From: an uncultured Gammaproteobacteria bacterium
Lineage (GTDB): Bacteria > Patescibacteriota > Patescibacteriia > UBA1558 > GWA2-36-10
NCBI GenBank assembly: GCA_964515785.1
Contig: CAZEWH010000003.1
Span: 16,013-80,012, forward strand
Direction of reading: 5' to 3'
Length of the DNA stretch: 64,000 nt
The position numbers and the translations under genes are program-made. The notes below the pieces were generated by a model. That model searched no databases, was not told where the DNA came from, and saw only the letters and a program-made list of their open reading frames with translations. Shown here piece by piece: positions 49,315 to 58,538 of the stretch. Position 1 is the stretch's first letter. Every line of letters starts with the position of its first letter.

Positions 49315-49623
49315 CTATTCAAGTAACTCACAAAACATTTTACCAAAGACAAGAGCAGACATATGCTCTAATAGAGTATTCTCACGCCACCACGCAGCTG
49401 CTTTTGGACTCTTGATTGCAAGGATCTCTACAGCTTGCATTGCATCCACAGGATATCCCATTATGTTCTCAGGTTCTGCTAGACCACCATGAACACCTGT
49501 ATGAACACCCCTATTAAGATCGATAGCTTTGATAGGAATTTCCAAACCAACCCATTGTTCTCGCACCCATTCTGGGGCTTGTCCCGCAGGGACGCTGGTA
49601 ATCCTGATTTTTGACATAGTCAA
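49315..49623 (-). CDS. hypothetical protein, GC-rich (island I, first gene)
   Basis: 102 aa, AGGAGG 7 nt upstream. Confidence 0.5.
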   Translation of the reverse strand: MTMSKIRITSVPAGQAPEWVREQWVGLEIPIKAIDLNRGVHTGVHGGLAEPENIMGYPVDAMQAVEILAIKSPKAAAWWRENTLLEHMSALVFGKMFCELLE

Positions 49624-49685
49624 ACCTCCTGGTTAAATGAAAAGATCAGGTTCTTCAATAGATTAACATAATTTATTTAAAAAGC

Positions 49686-49709
49686 AAACCTCGGCCTAGG
49701 CCGAGGTTT
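49686..49709. terminator. palindromic terminator
   Basis: AAACCTCGGCC-TA-GGCCGAGGTTT perfect palindrome with flanking T/A runs. Confidence 0.6.
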
Positions 49710-50360
49710 TTATAATACTTCTATGAGTTCTAAAGTTATTTCATCTAAATGCGTGACTAGAGTATCCGCGGGATATTGTTTCGACTTATCTGGCACATAG
49801 CCAATACACTTCATGTTGGCAGCTTGAGCTGCTTGCATGCCAGATAGTCCGTCTTCGATAACAATACATTCTAAGGGCAAGACATCTAGCCGTTCAGCGG
49901 CTAACAAAAATACATCAGGAGCCGGTTTACCGTCTTTGACTTCATGGCCGCTAGTCAAAATATCAAACTTTTTTTTGAGATCAAGTTTATCCATGATTAC
50001 ATTTATATTTGGCAAAGTAGAGGTAGAAGCTACTGCTAATTTCAAGTTAGCATTTACTAATCTATCTACTAATTCAAAAATTCCAGGAATGGGTGGGGTA
50101 AATTTTTTAAGAGATTCTATCATTTTATCTCTTTTATCATGGACTAGCTGAGAAATTTTTTCTTGACTAATGTCTATATCAGCTTCTTTGAATAATTCTG
50201 TAAAAAAATCTACAGCTCGCCGTCCACTATACCTGGCTGTAATCTCTTCAGCTGTGATATTTATACCATGATTATTCAAAATCTCGGCTTCTAAAGCAGA
50301 ATGGATTTTCTGAGTATCAGATATCACTCCATCCATGTCAAAAATAATGGCTTTGATCAT
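49710..50360 (-). CDS. HAD-superfamily hydrolase, beta-phosphoglucomutase-like
   Basis: IIFDMDGVISDT motif I, KPAPDVFL, IEDGLSGMQAA motif IV. Confidence 0.65.
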   Translation of the reverse strand: MIKAIIFDMDGVISDTQKIHSALEAEILNNHGINITAEEITARYSGRRAVDFFTELFKEADIDISQEKISQLVHDKRDKMIESLKKFTPPIPGIFELVDRLVNANLKLAVASTSTLPNINVIMDKLDLKKKFDILTSGHEVKDGKPAPDVFLLAAERLDVLPLECIVIEDGLSGMQAAQAANMKCIGYVPDKSKQYPADTLVTHLDEITLELIEVL

Positions 50361-51292
50361 AATCCTTGTTTATAAAATTTAGCTGCTTCATCTGGATCTA
50401 TAGGATTGATAATCAAACCAGAACCAATCTCTACTCCAGCCCAGACAGATCCCCTAGGCACGACTTTCATATATAGATGCTGATCATTGTCGTTAATCAC
50501 TTGATGAAAATAAAAATTATAAGGCAAGTCTAGCTGACCAATCTTACCTAAAACATGTTTGAGTATCTTGGCAAATGATTTCATTTCTGAATCGGTCAAT
50601 TCTGTAATATTATCCCGATGCTTGATCGGCATAATCCAGATTTCATAATTAAACATAGAGGCATAAGGTGTAAAAGCTACTACATTTTTATCACGATAAA
50701 CTAGGCGAGGACCTTTGGATTCTTTATGAATAACATCACAATAGACGCAGCGACCGTGTTTGAGCTTATAAGCTTGTTGACGCTGTGATTTGTCAAACAA
50801 ATGAGGTGGTAAAAATTGTGTAGCAAAAATCTGAGAATGAGAATGCTTGAGACTTGCTCCAGCTACACCACCGTCATTTTTGAAAATCAAAATATAATCA
50901 ATTTTTTTATTTTTAGAAATTTTTTCAGTTCGTACTTTATAAGCCTTGAGTAGCTCAGCAATGTGACCAAGTGGTAAATCTTCTATTTCATCAACATGAT
51001 CTGAAGTTTCTATGACTACTTCTTGTTGACCATAAGCTTTTTTGTTTTGTAGAGATACAGCTGGATATTTATTTTTGATAATATTTATTTTCCAATCTGC
51101 TTTAGTGCCGTATCGATAAAGACTAGGTACACTTTTCAAATTCTCAGGACAAAAAATACAAGAAGTGACCATTTTTTTGTGGCGCTCCTGTGGCTTGGCT
51201 ACATCATGAGGTCTTTTTCCTCGACGAGGGGCAATAATAACATATTTTTCCTGAATATAGTCTTTGCGTATTTCAGAAGATTTTAAAGGCAT
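50357..51292 (-). CDS. GalT-type (HIT superfamily) hexose-1-phosphate nucleotidyltransferase
   Basis: CIFCPEN zinc-site-like motif and HSHSQ (HxHxQ) active-site motif. Confidence 0.5.
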   Translation of the reverse strand: MPLKSSEIRKDYIQEKYVIIAPRRGKRPHDVAKPQERHKKMVTSCIFCPENLKSVPSLYRYGTKADWKINIIKNKYPAVSLQNKKAYGQQEVVIETSDHVDEIEDLPLGHIAELLKAYKVRTEKISKNKKIDYILIFKNDGGVAGASLKHSHSQIFATQFLPPHLFDKSQRQQAYKLKHGRCVYCDVIHKESKGPRLVYRDKNVVAFTPYASMFNYEIWIMPIKHRDNITELTDSEMKSFAKILKHVLGKIGQLDLPYNFYFHQVINDNDQHLYMKVVPRGSVWAGVEIGSGLIINPIDPDEAAKFYKQGL

Positions 51293-51296
51293 ATGA

Positions 51297-52778
51297 TTAT
51301 TTTAATTTATTATATAATTTGAGATATTCTTTAGCTGATTTTTCCCAAGAAAAATCCTGTTGCAAACAAATAGTCCGTATTTTGTTGAATCTAGTTTTAT
51401 TTTTATATAAACTCAAGGCTTGGTTCAAATTTTTGAGCATAGCGGTTTGATTATAATCACTAAAAACTACGCCAGTTTTGTTGTGCACTACAGTATCTTT
51501 GAGTCCACCAGTCTTACGTACCATCGGAATAGTTCCATAGCGCATAGAAATCATTTGACCCAGGCCACACGGCTCAAAGGCTGAGGGCATAAGGAAAAAA
51601 TCAGAGCCAGCATAGATACGACGAGCCAAATCAGCATCAAACATTATTTTTACTTTTATCTTTTTTGGTGCTATATGAGTAACAGCTTTTAGCTCTTGTT
51701 CATATTTGGCTTGACCAGTACCTAAAATAACTACTTGAACATCATTTTTCAAAAACTTTTTCAAAGCTGGGGCTAATATGTCTACACCTTTTTGTTTGAC
51801 CAAACGGCTGACCATACCAAATACTGGAATCTTATCATCAAGTGGTAATTTTAACTCTTCTTGCAGGGTAAGCTTATTAGCTATCTTGCCAACCTGGACA
51901 GTCTTGGCACTATATTTCTTGGCAATAGCTTTGTCTGTTTGAGGATTAAAAGCTTTTACACTAATACCGTTTATTATTCCAAATAAATGCTTTTTACGAC
52001 GCAATAAATATTTGTCTAAGCGTTCACCATATTCTTTGGTTAAAATCTCTTTGGCATAATTTGGACTAACTGTATTTATAAAATCTGCTGATAATATTCC
52101 TACTTTCATTAGATCTATTACTTGACCATCTTTGTCATAATAATCCTCCATCAGGGCTGGTGTTAATTTGTTGTGCAGGCCAGCATAATCTACAATATCC
52201 AAACCAGTAATGCCCTGGTTGGCTAAATTGTGAATAGTAAAGAGCGTTTTTATATTTTTGAAATTATCATGAGTCAGGCTATATTCATCTATAAAAGTCG
52301 GTAAGAGGGCTGAATGCCAATCATGACAATGAATAAGATCTGGTGACCACTTCATGGCCTGAATACTATTGGCCACTGCCTTTGAAAAGAAAACAAACCT
52401 TTCTACATCACCTATTTCACGTGAATAAACATTTCCTTTGAGATATTTACGGCCACCAGTATATATTTGTTTGCCGTCAAACAACTTATGTTTGACCAAA
52501 TAGATATTTATGCGGCTACCAGGCAAACTAGTCCTATACAAACTAAATTTATCTTCAAAATCTTCTACTTGTATGGGAATATCTTTTTTGACTAAAGTAG
52601 TTTTATACAATTTTTTATCTATCATCCCATAAAAAGGAATGATAATCTTTACTCCAACTCCCAATCTATTGAGTGCTTTTGGTAAAGAACCCATTACATC
52701 TCCAAGACCACCTACTTTGACCAATGGCTTGAGTTCTGCGCCTGTAAAAAGGACTTCTAATTTTTGTTTTTTTGGCAT
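51297..52778 (-). CDS. glgA: glycogen/starch synthase (GT5, GlgA-like)
   Basis: N-terminal KVGGLGDV motif, about 490 aa GT-B. Confidence 0.8.
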   Translation of the reverse strand: MPKKQKLEVLFTGAELKPLVKVGGLGDVMGSLPKALNRLGVGVKIIIPFYGMIDKKLYKTTLVKKDIPIQVEDFEDKFSLYRTSLPGSRINIYLVKHKLFDGKQIYTGGRKYLKGNVYSREIGDVERFVFFSKAVANSIQAMKWSPDLIHCHDWHSALLPTFIDEYSLTHDNFKNIKTLFTIHNLANQGITGLDIVDYAGLHNKLTPALMEDYYDKDGQVIDLMKVGILSADFINTVSPNYAKEILTKEYGERLDKYLLRRKKHLFGIINGISVKAFNPQTDKAIAKKYSAKTVQVGKIANKLTLQEELKLPLDDKIPVFGMVSRLVKQKGVDILAPALKKFLKNDVQVVILGTGQAKYEQELKAVTHIAPKKIKVKIMFDADLARRIYAGSDFFLMPSAFEPCGLGQMISMRYGTIPMVRKTGGLKDTVVHNKTGVVFSDYNQTAMLKNLNQALSLYKNKTRFNKIRTICLQQDFSWEKSAKEYLKLYNKLK

Positions 52779-52825
52779 TTTGTTTTATTTTTTATTTATT
52801 TTAACAATACTATTATAACAGAAAA

Positions 52826-53395
52826 TTATTTTTCTCCCAAGAATTTTAATATCTCATCTACCAATTCTGGATTTGGCAATTGTGAAGAGTCAACTACTAG
52901 ATAGTCTAATTTACTTTTCTTAATAATATCCAAATATTCTTGCTGTTGTTTGATATATTTATCTGGAGTTTGTGCTATATTGGCATAATGTGGATATAGA
53001 CTTAATCTGTCTTCTAATCTTTTTTTAATCAAATCTTCATCTTCTTGAAAACTAGTCAAAATTATTTTGGCATCTAATTTTTTGAGTCTAGTCTCAACTC
53101 CAGAAAAATCATATTCCCGGTTATTATATAATTTCTGATAAACATATTCAGTAATATGAAATTTTTCTAAAATAATATTCAAATTAGCCAAGCTTTCCAA
53201 TAATTCTAAATATCCATTAATAACTGTCTGGCCATATGAAGTACCATAGAGACCTACATCACAGTTAAACCAATGACAGCCATCTAAAATACGGCCACCA
53301 GAATTATATTTTGGTTCTATAGCTTTATATATCTGGCTCATCAAGTAGCTTTTACCAGACAATTCAGCCCCTTCAAAAATTATTTTATGTGGCAT
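52826..53395 (-). CDS. P-loop nucleoside/nucleotide kinase-like protein
   Basis: IIFEGAELSGKS Walker-A-like; 189 aa. Confidence 0.35.
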   Translation of the reverse strand: MPHKIIFEGAELSGKSYLMSQIYKAIEPKYNSGGRILDGCHWFNCDVGLYGTSYGQTVINGYLELLESLANLNIILEKFHITEYVYQKLYNNREYDFSGVETRLKKLDAKIILTSFQEDEDLIKKRLEDRLSLYPHYANIAQTPDKYIKQQQEYLDIIKKSKLDYLVVDSSQLPNPELVDEILKFLGEK

Positions 53396-53396
53396 A

Positions 53397-54470
53397 CTAG
53401 TGTAGATTAATTTTATGAATATTATTAGTTGCTAATTCCAAATATTTATCACAATCTTCCAATACACCGTCTATAGGATTATTTTCATCTTGCTGATAGA
53501 ATATCAAAATCGCAGAACGTAAAGCAGTCCAGGCCTGATAGAGATTTATGCGATTTATAAAATCTATTTTTATCTTATCAAAATCTTCATCAAAATACTG
53601 TTCCAATAAATATTCTTTATAATTATTTATTCTTTTGCGAGACAAATAATTATGTCCCATAAAATCAAATTGCTGTAAAAAGGCTCCTAAGTCTACCATT
53701 GGATCGCCTTTGGCTACATCGGTAAAATCAATCATTTCGATTTCTTTGGCTTTAAGACTAGCGATAATCACATTATCTGGATGATAATCACCATAAATAA
53801 TAGATGCTTTGAAATTTTTAGAAAATTCTTTTTTCAATTTTCTCATGCGAGCCAATAAACCTTCGACTAGTTTACCATATTCAATATTTTCCTCATAAAA
53901 GTCTGGTACAAAACGCTGTGGTGGTGGCACCATCTTGCTAATCCTAAAAATTGGCCAATCGAAATCAAGCTTAGTATCAAAATTATGAATTTTTTTGATC
54001 CAGGCAACTATTAATTTAAAAGTGGGTTTAAGATTGGCTTCTGGTTCTTGAGTAAAAAAATTCAAAAAACTACGACCAGGTGATGCTTCATAAAAAAATG
54101 CTTTTTGTTTTGTTAAATAAAATAAAGGTTTGGTCACTCTAAATTTTCCTTTATCAAAATTATTATTATATAAAAATCTACAATTATTATAAGCATCTTT
54201 ACGAGAACCATCTGAATGGGCTGAACAAAAAATATCAAGATTATGACTACGATCGTCTTTACCTTTATATTTTATTTTAAATTCAACCACAAAAACTACA
54301 TTGCGAGGACTAATATGTCTTTTGAAGGGGTCAAGTTTAAAACTTTCCAATTTTTTGTAATCTGGATAATATTTTGGTAAATATTCACATAAAATATGAC
54401 GAATAAATTTACGATCCACTAATTTGGTGATATTGTGTTTGACTTCTTCTGATAATATTTTCTTAGTCAT
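53397..54470 (-). CDS. aminoglycoside-phosphotransferase-fold kinase (possible sugar/maltose kinase)
   Basis: GDYHPDNVI catalytic-loop-like and IDFTDVAKGDPMVDLG DFG-like motifs. Confidence 0.45.
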   Translation of the reverse strand: MTKKILSEEVKHNITKLVDRKFIRHILCEYLPKYYPDYKKLESFKLDPFKRHISPRNVVFVVEFKIKYKGKDDRSHNLDIFCSAHSDGSRKDAYNNCRFLYNNNFDKGKFRVTKPLFYLTKQKAFFYEASPGRSFLNFFTQEPEANLKPTFKLIVAWIKKIHNFDTKLDFDWPIFRISKMVPPPQRFVPDFYEENIEYGKLVEGLLARMRKLKKEFSKNFKASIIYGDYHPDNVIIASLKAKEIEMIDFTDVAKGDPMVDLGAFLQQFDFMGHNYLSRKRINNYKEYLLEQYFDEDFDKIKIDFINRINLYQAWTALRSAILIFYQQDENNPIDGVLEDCDKYLELATNNIHKINLH

Positions 54471-54481
54471 ATGCTTGTTAT

Positions 54482-55636
54482 TTACTTTTTATGGTGGCGT
54501 CGCCAATGACTTAGCCAAGTGTTCTTTTTGATATCAATAAATATTTTTTCTGCTTTTATTTTTTCTGCTGTTGTAGCTTTTTCTAAAGATCGCACTACTC
54601 GGATCAACTCTTCTGAGCCATTGTCTATCATATCAGGACTCCAAGTCAGTGGTGACCAATCAGACGGCTTCTTGGCAGAAGCCCACCAAAAAGTACAAGA
54701 AGAAACACCTCTGTCTAGATGATTACGTGCCCAAGACCAATTTGGATCGCCTTTGTATTTTTCTACCAAATTACTAGCAAGGTCAACTAGTTTCCATAAT
54801 AATTTGTGGATTTTATTATTTGGGTCTTGCCACAAAGCATAAGGTATTCGTTTTTTCAATTCTATCTTTGTTGATTCCCAAGAAGCTGCTCTAATATCAA
54901 TCAATTTTGTTTTATCTAGACTTTTTAGATAATTACTAACACTAAGCACTTGTAATTTTTTGTTGGCTAATATTTTTTCAATATAGCCTCGCCAATCTTC
55001 ATGCTGGTGACCATAAATTTCACCATCAGTAGCTGTAATAATAATTTCATTATCTTTTAAACTAGCAAACTTTTTATAAATAATTTCTGGCGGATAATGT
55101 TTGGAAATTTTTCTATCACGAAAAACAACTTGTAGACCAATTTTTTTTATTTTATATAAAATATTATTGTCTATCTTATCAGCATAATGAATCTGATCTA
55201 AAACTAAATATTTAAAACCAGCTCGCTTTACAATTTTGGCAAGCTTATCTGAATAAGCCATTTCTGGTAAATAAAAACCAGTGATTTTTTTGATATCAAA
55301 ATACTGACTTAAAATCTGATTATTAAGATCTATCTGCCTTTTTACTTCTTTATCAGATAATAAAGGTAAGATAGCGTGATATTTAGCAGAGCCAACTAAT
55401 TCTATTTGATTTTTTTTAACCAAATGCTGTAAACGTTTCAATAAATCAGGTCGCATATCTTGCCATTGCTCTATTAGATTGGCAGTAATATTGAGGGTAG
55501 TTTTAAAATTGGGATATTTTTCCCATAGAGTCAACAAATACTCATAACTTTCACTAGCTATTTGCTCAAAGATACCTCTTTGTTGCCAAGGGGGTTGATA
55601 AATATGTAAAAAATTAACCCAAGTTATTTTTTTCAT
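54482..55636 (-). CDS. glycoside hydrolase family 57 protein
   Basis: GH57 conserved regions: HIYQP, IELVGSAKYHAILPLL, YLPEMAYSD, TATDGEIYGHQ. Confidence 0.6.
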   Translation of the reverse strand: MKKITWVNFLHIYQPPWQQRGIFEQIASESYEYLLTLWEKYPNFKTTLNITANLIEQWQDMRPDLLKRLQHLVKKNQIELVGSAKYHAILPLLSDKEVKRQIDLNNQILSQYFDIKKITGFYLPEMAYSDKLAKIVKRAGFKYLVLDQIHYADKIDNNILYKIKKIGLQVVFRDRKISKHYPPEIIYKKFASLKDNEIIITATDGEIYGHQHEDWRGYIEKILANKKLQVLSVSNYLKSLDKTKLIDIRAASWESTKIELKKRIPYALWQDPNNKIHKLLWKLVDLASNLVEKYKGDPNWSWARNHLDRGVSSCTFWWASAKKPSDWSPLTWSPDMIDNGSEELIRVVRSLEKATTAEKIKAEKIFIDIKKNTWLSHWRRHHKK

Positions 55637-57110
55637 CTCTTTTAAATCGTTTAGCTTTATTATAAAGTTGAATATATTTTTGAGCTGGCAATTCCCAAGA
55701 TACAGAAGCCTTCATACCTCGACAAACCAGAGCACGCCAGATTTTTTTATATTTATAAGTCTCCAAAGCACGAGTTATAGCTACTAATAGATCTTTGGAA
55801 CTATAATTTTTAAAAGTAAAGCCGTTTCCTATATTGTTGATAGGATCAAAATTGGTCACTGTGTCATTGAGACCTCCAGTGCTACGTACAATCGGCACAC
55901 AACCATAACGAAAACCTTTGAGCTGGTTGATACCACAAGGCTCATGATGAGATGGTAAGAGGACTAGATCAGAACCAGCATAAACTTGTGTTTCATATTT
56001 TTGATTTTTTTCATGAGAAGGAATAATCACAAATTTATCTGGATATTTTTTTTGTACTTTATTTAAATCTTTAATAAAATTTTTATCGCCAGAACCAATC
56101 ACAATAAATTGTAGATCAAATTGCATCAAAGGCTTAATAATTCGTAAAATTAATTCAAACCCTTTCTGATAAGTAACTCGAGAGGTCATACAAATGATTG
56201 GTACATCATCTCGAACTGGTAATTTAAATAATTTTTGAATAAATTTTTTATTAAGTTTTTTGCGTAATACTTTTTTATGGTCATAATTTCTATAAATCTT
56301 TTTGTCATTGCTGGGATTAAATTCTTTATAATCAATGCCATTTACTACACCAAAAAGCTTGTGCTGACGATTGTTTAAGATGCGATGCAGATCTTGACCA
56401 AAATCACGTTTCAAAATTTCTTCAGCATAAGTTTCAGAAACTGTATTTATGGCGTCAGCATGCAAAATAGCTCGTTTGGCAAAATTAATATATTCTATTT
56501 TTTTGTTATCAAACATTGGCAAAGAACTTTTACCTTTATCACGATATTTAACAGGTACTTCCCACCAGTTTTGGCCAAATTGAAAAACAAGATTATGAAT
56601 AGTATAAACTATTGCTGCAGACTGTAGAGTCTTAGATTTTTTGAAACGATGTTTTTTGAGGTAAGGTATCAGACCAGCTTGCCAATCATGACAATGGATA
56701 ATATCAGCTTTATACTTTAATAAAGAAATCAATTTTAAAGCAGCTACATCAAATAAATAAAATCTCTGATTTTCGTGACCAGAGCCATAAAGCTTTGTAC
56801 GACGACCAAAAAATTTGTCAGCTCTAACAAAATAAGCTGGCAAACCAGGCATCAATTCTCCTCGATAATAACTCACCTTAACTTCGTTCTCTTTATCAAT
56901 ATAAAGATTGACGTCGCTGTATATTCTTTCTAGTTTATGTTTTTTTCTATCAAGGCTCTTGGTATAAAAAGGAGAGATGATGGTTACTTCATGACCTAAG
57001 CGGTGCAAAGATTTTGGTAATGAACGTGCTACATCAGCTAAACCACCAGTTTTGGAAAAAGGATCAACTTCACTAGAAATAGAAACAATTTTTAATTTTT
57101 TTCTTGGCAT
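55614..57110 (-). CDS. second GlgA-like alpha-glucan synthase (GT5/GT4)
   Basis: N-terminal KTGGLADV motif, about 500 aa. Confidence 0.7.
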   Translation of the reverse strand: MPRKKLKIVSISSEVDPFSKTGGLADVARSLPKSLHRLGHEVTIISPFYTKSLDRKKHKLERIYSDVNLYIDKENEVKVSYYRGELMPGLPAYFVRADKFFGRRTKLYGSGHENQRFYLFDVAALKLISLLKYKADIIHCHDWQAGLIPYLKKHRFKKSKTLQSAAIVYTIHNLVFQFGQNWWEVPVKYRDKGKSSLPMFDNKKIEYINFAKRAILHADAINTVSETYAEEILKRDFGQDLHRILNNRQHKLFGVVNGIDYKEFNPSNDKKIYRNYDHKKVLRKKLNKKFIQKLFKLPVRDDVPIICMTSRVTYQKGFELILRIIKPLMQFDLQFIVIGSGDKNFIKDLNKVQKKYPDKFVIIPSHEKNQKYETQVYAGSDLVLLPSHHEPCGINQLKGFRYGCVPIVRSTGGLNDTVTNFDPINNIGNGFTFKNYSSKDLLVAITRALETYKYKKIWRALVCRGMKASVSWELPAQKYIQLYNKAKRFKRDEKNNLG

Positions 57111-57113
57111 AGA

Positions 57114-57608
57114 TTAAACTAATTTTTTATTATAAAAGCTAGCACAAATAGATATAGCTAAGGCATCAGCTGCATCATCAGGCTGAGGTATACTTTTTAG
57201 GTTCAAGATAGCTTTGACCATCCGACCAACCTGCAGCTTATTGGCACTACCGCTTGCAGCTACTGCTTGTTTTATTTGTAAAGGCGTAAATTCTAATAAA
57301 TCTTTTTTATTTTGCTGAATAGCTAATAAAACTACACCCCTACACTGTCCAACATTGAGAGCGGTTGTCACATTACGAGCAAAAAATAATTTTTCTACTG
57401 CTATAATATCCGGATTATATTTTTTTATAATTTTATTCGTTTGCTTATAAATTTCTTCTAAGCGATCACTAAAATCTGTATTTTTATCTGTCTGAATACT
57501 ACCAGCTATAATATATTCTAACTTATTTCCTTCTTTGCTAATCAGACCATAGCCAGTATCAGCTAGACCAGGATCAAAACCTAAGATAATTTGTCGACGT
57601 TTAGCCAT
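57114..57608 (-). CDS. ruvC: Holliday junction resolvase RuvC
   Basis: ILGFDPGLADTGYGLI N-terminal catalytic Asp region, 164 aa. Confidence 0.8.
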   Translation of the reverse strand: MAKRRQIILGFDPGLADTGYGLISKEGNKLEYIIAGSIQTDKNTDFSDRLEEIYKQTNKIIKKYNPDIIAVEKLFFARNVTTALNVGQCRGVVLLAIQQNKKDLLEFTPLQIKQAVAASGSANKLQVGRMVKAILNLKSIPQPDDAADALAISICASFYNKKLV

Positions 57609-58312
57609 TATATGTTGGCGTTAGTATAAATATTATTTATATCATCATCGTCATCCAAAGCATTAAGTAGTTTTAATAACTTTTCATCATCTGTGACATC
57701 AATCTTTTCTTTAGATAAATAAATCATATCAGAGGATTTGACTACAAAACCTGTAGCCTGCAATTTATTTTTAACTGCTTCTAGATTATCTAAACTAGTA
57801 ATAATTTTTATTTCTTCTTCGCGTATAATATCATCAGCTCCAGCATCTATGATTTTTAATTCATCCTCTTCTGAAACCTTGCTTTGCTCCAAAGTAATTT
57901 CTCCTTTGGATTCAAACATCCACATCACAGAACCAGTATTACCTAAGCTGCCGTTGTGTTTTGATAAAATATGTTTGAGATTAGAAAGTGAACGATTTTT
58001 ATTGTCCGTCAAAATCTGGATAATCATCGCTACTCCATCTGGTCCATAAGCTTCATATAATAATTCTTCTATTATACCTTCATCACCAGTGCCACTGCCT
58101 TTTTTGATAGCCCGTTCTATATTGTCTTTTGGCATACTAAAAGATCTGGCCTTATCAACGGCCATCCGTAATTTGAAATTGCTGTCTAAATCAGCACCAC
58201 CGCGAGCCGCTACAGCAATATTTTTAGAAAGCTTTGTAAAAACATTGCTACGTTTAGCGTCTTTGGATTCTTTGGCTCGTTTAATTTTTGACCACTTTGA
58301 ATGTCCACTCAT
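57608..58312 (-). CDS. yebC: YebC/PmpR-family transcriptional regulatory protein
   Basis: MSGHSKWSKIKRAK... hallmark N-terminus. Confidence 0.85.
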   Translation of the reverse strand: MSGHSKWSKIKRAKESKDAKRSNVFTKLSKNIAVAARGGADLDSNFKLRMAVDKARSFSMPKDNIERAIKKGSGTGDEGIIEELLYEAYGPDGVAMIIQILTDNKNRSLSNLKHILSKHNGSLGNTGSVMWMFESKGEITLEQSKVSEEDELKIIDAGADDIIREEEIKIITSLDNLEAVKNKLQATGFVVKSSDMIYLSKEKIDVTDDEKLLKLLNALDDDDDINNIYTNANI

Positions 58313-58538
58313 AACAAATAAAATAAAGGAAAATCATTGATATCTTACCAAAAAAACAGCAAAAAATCAATGTCAAATTGCTCAAAAAAGTTATCAACTT
58401 GACGAGCCTAAAAATAAATAATAAGATATAAATATTCAAAGTTCTGTACCATTTAATAATTAAATTTATTAAGCTCAATCTCCGTGTCCATGCCTGACGG
58501 GGATTTTTTTTATTGTTATATTTTGCTACAATACAGAC

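Noticed and set aside
48700-49492. Plus-strand ORFs 48700-48915, 49217-49492 and 49233-49415, antisense to the three-gene cassette
   Set aside because: All SD and terminator signals support the minus-strand genes.
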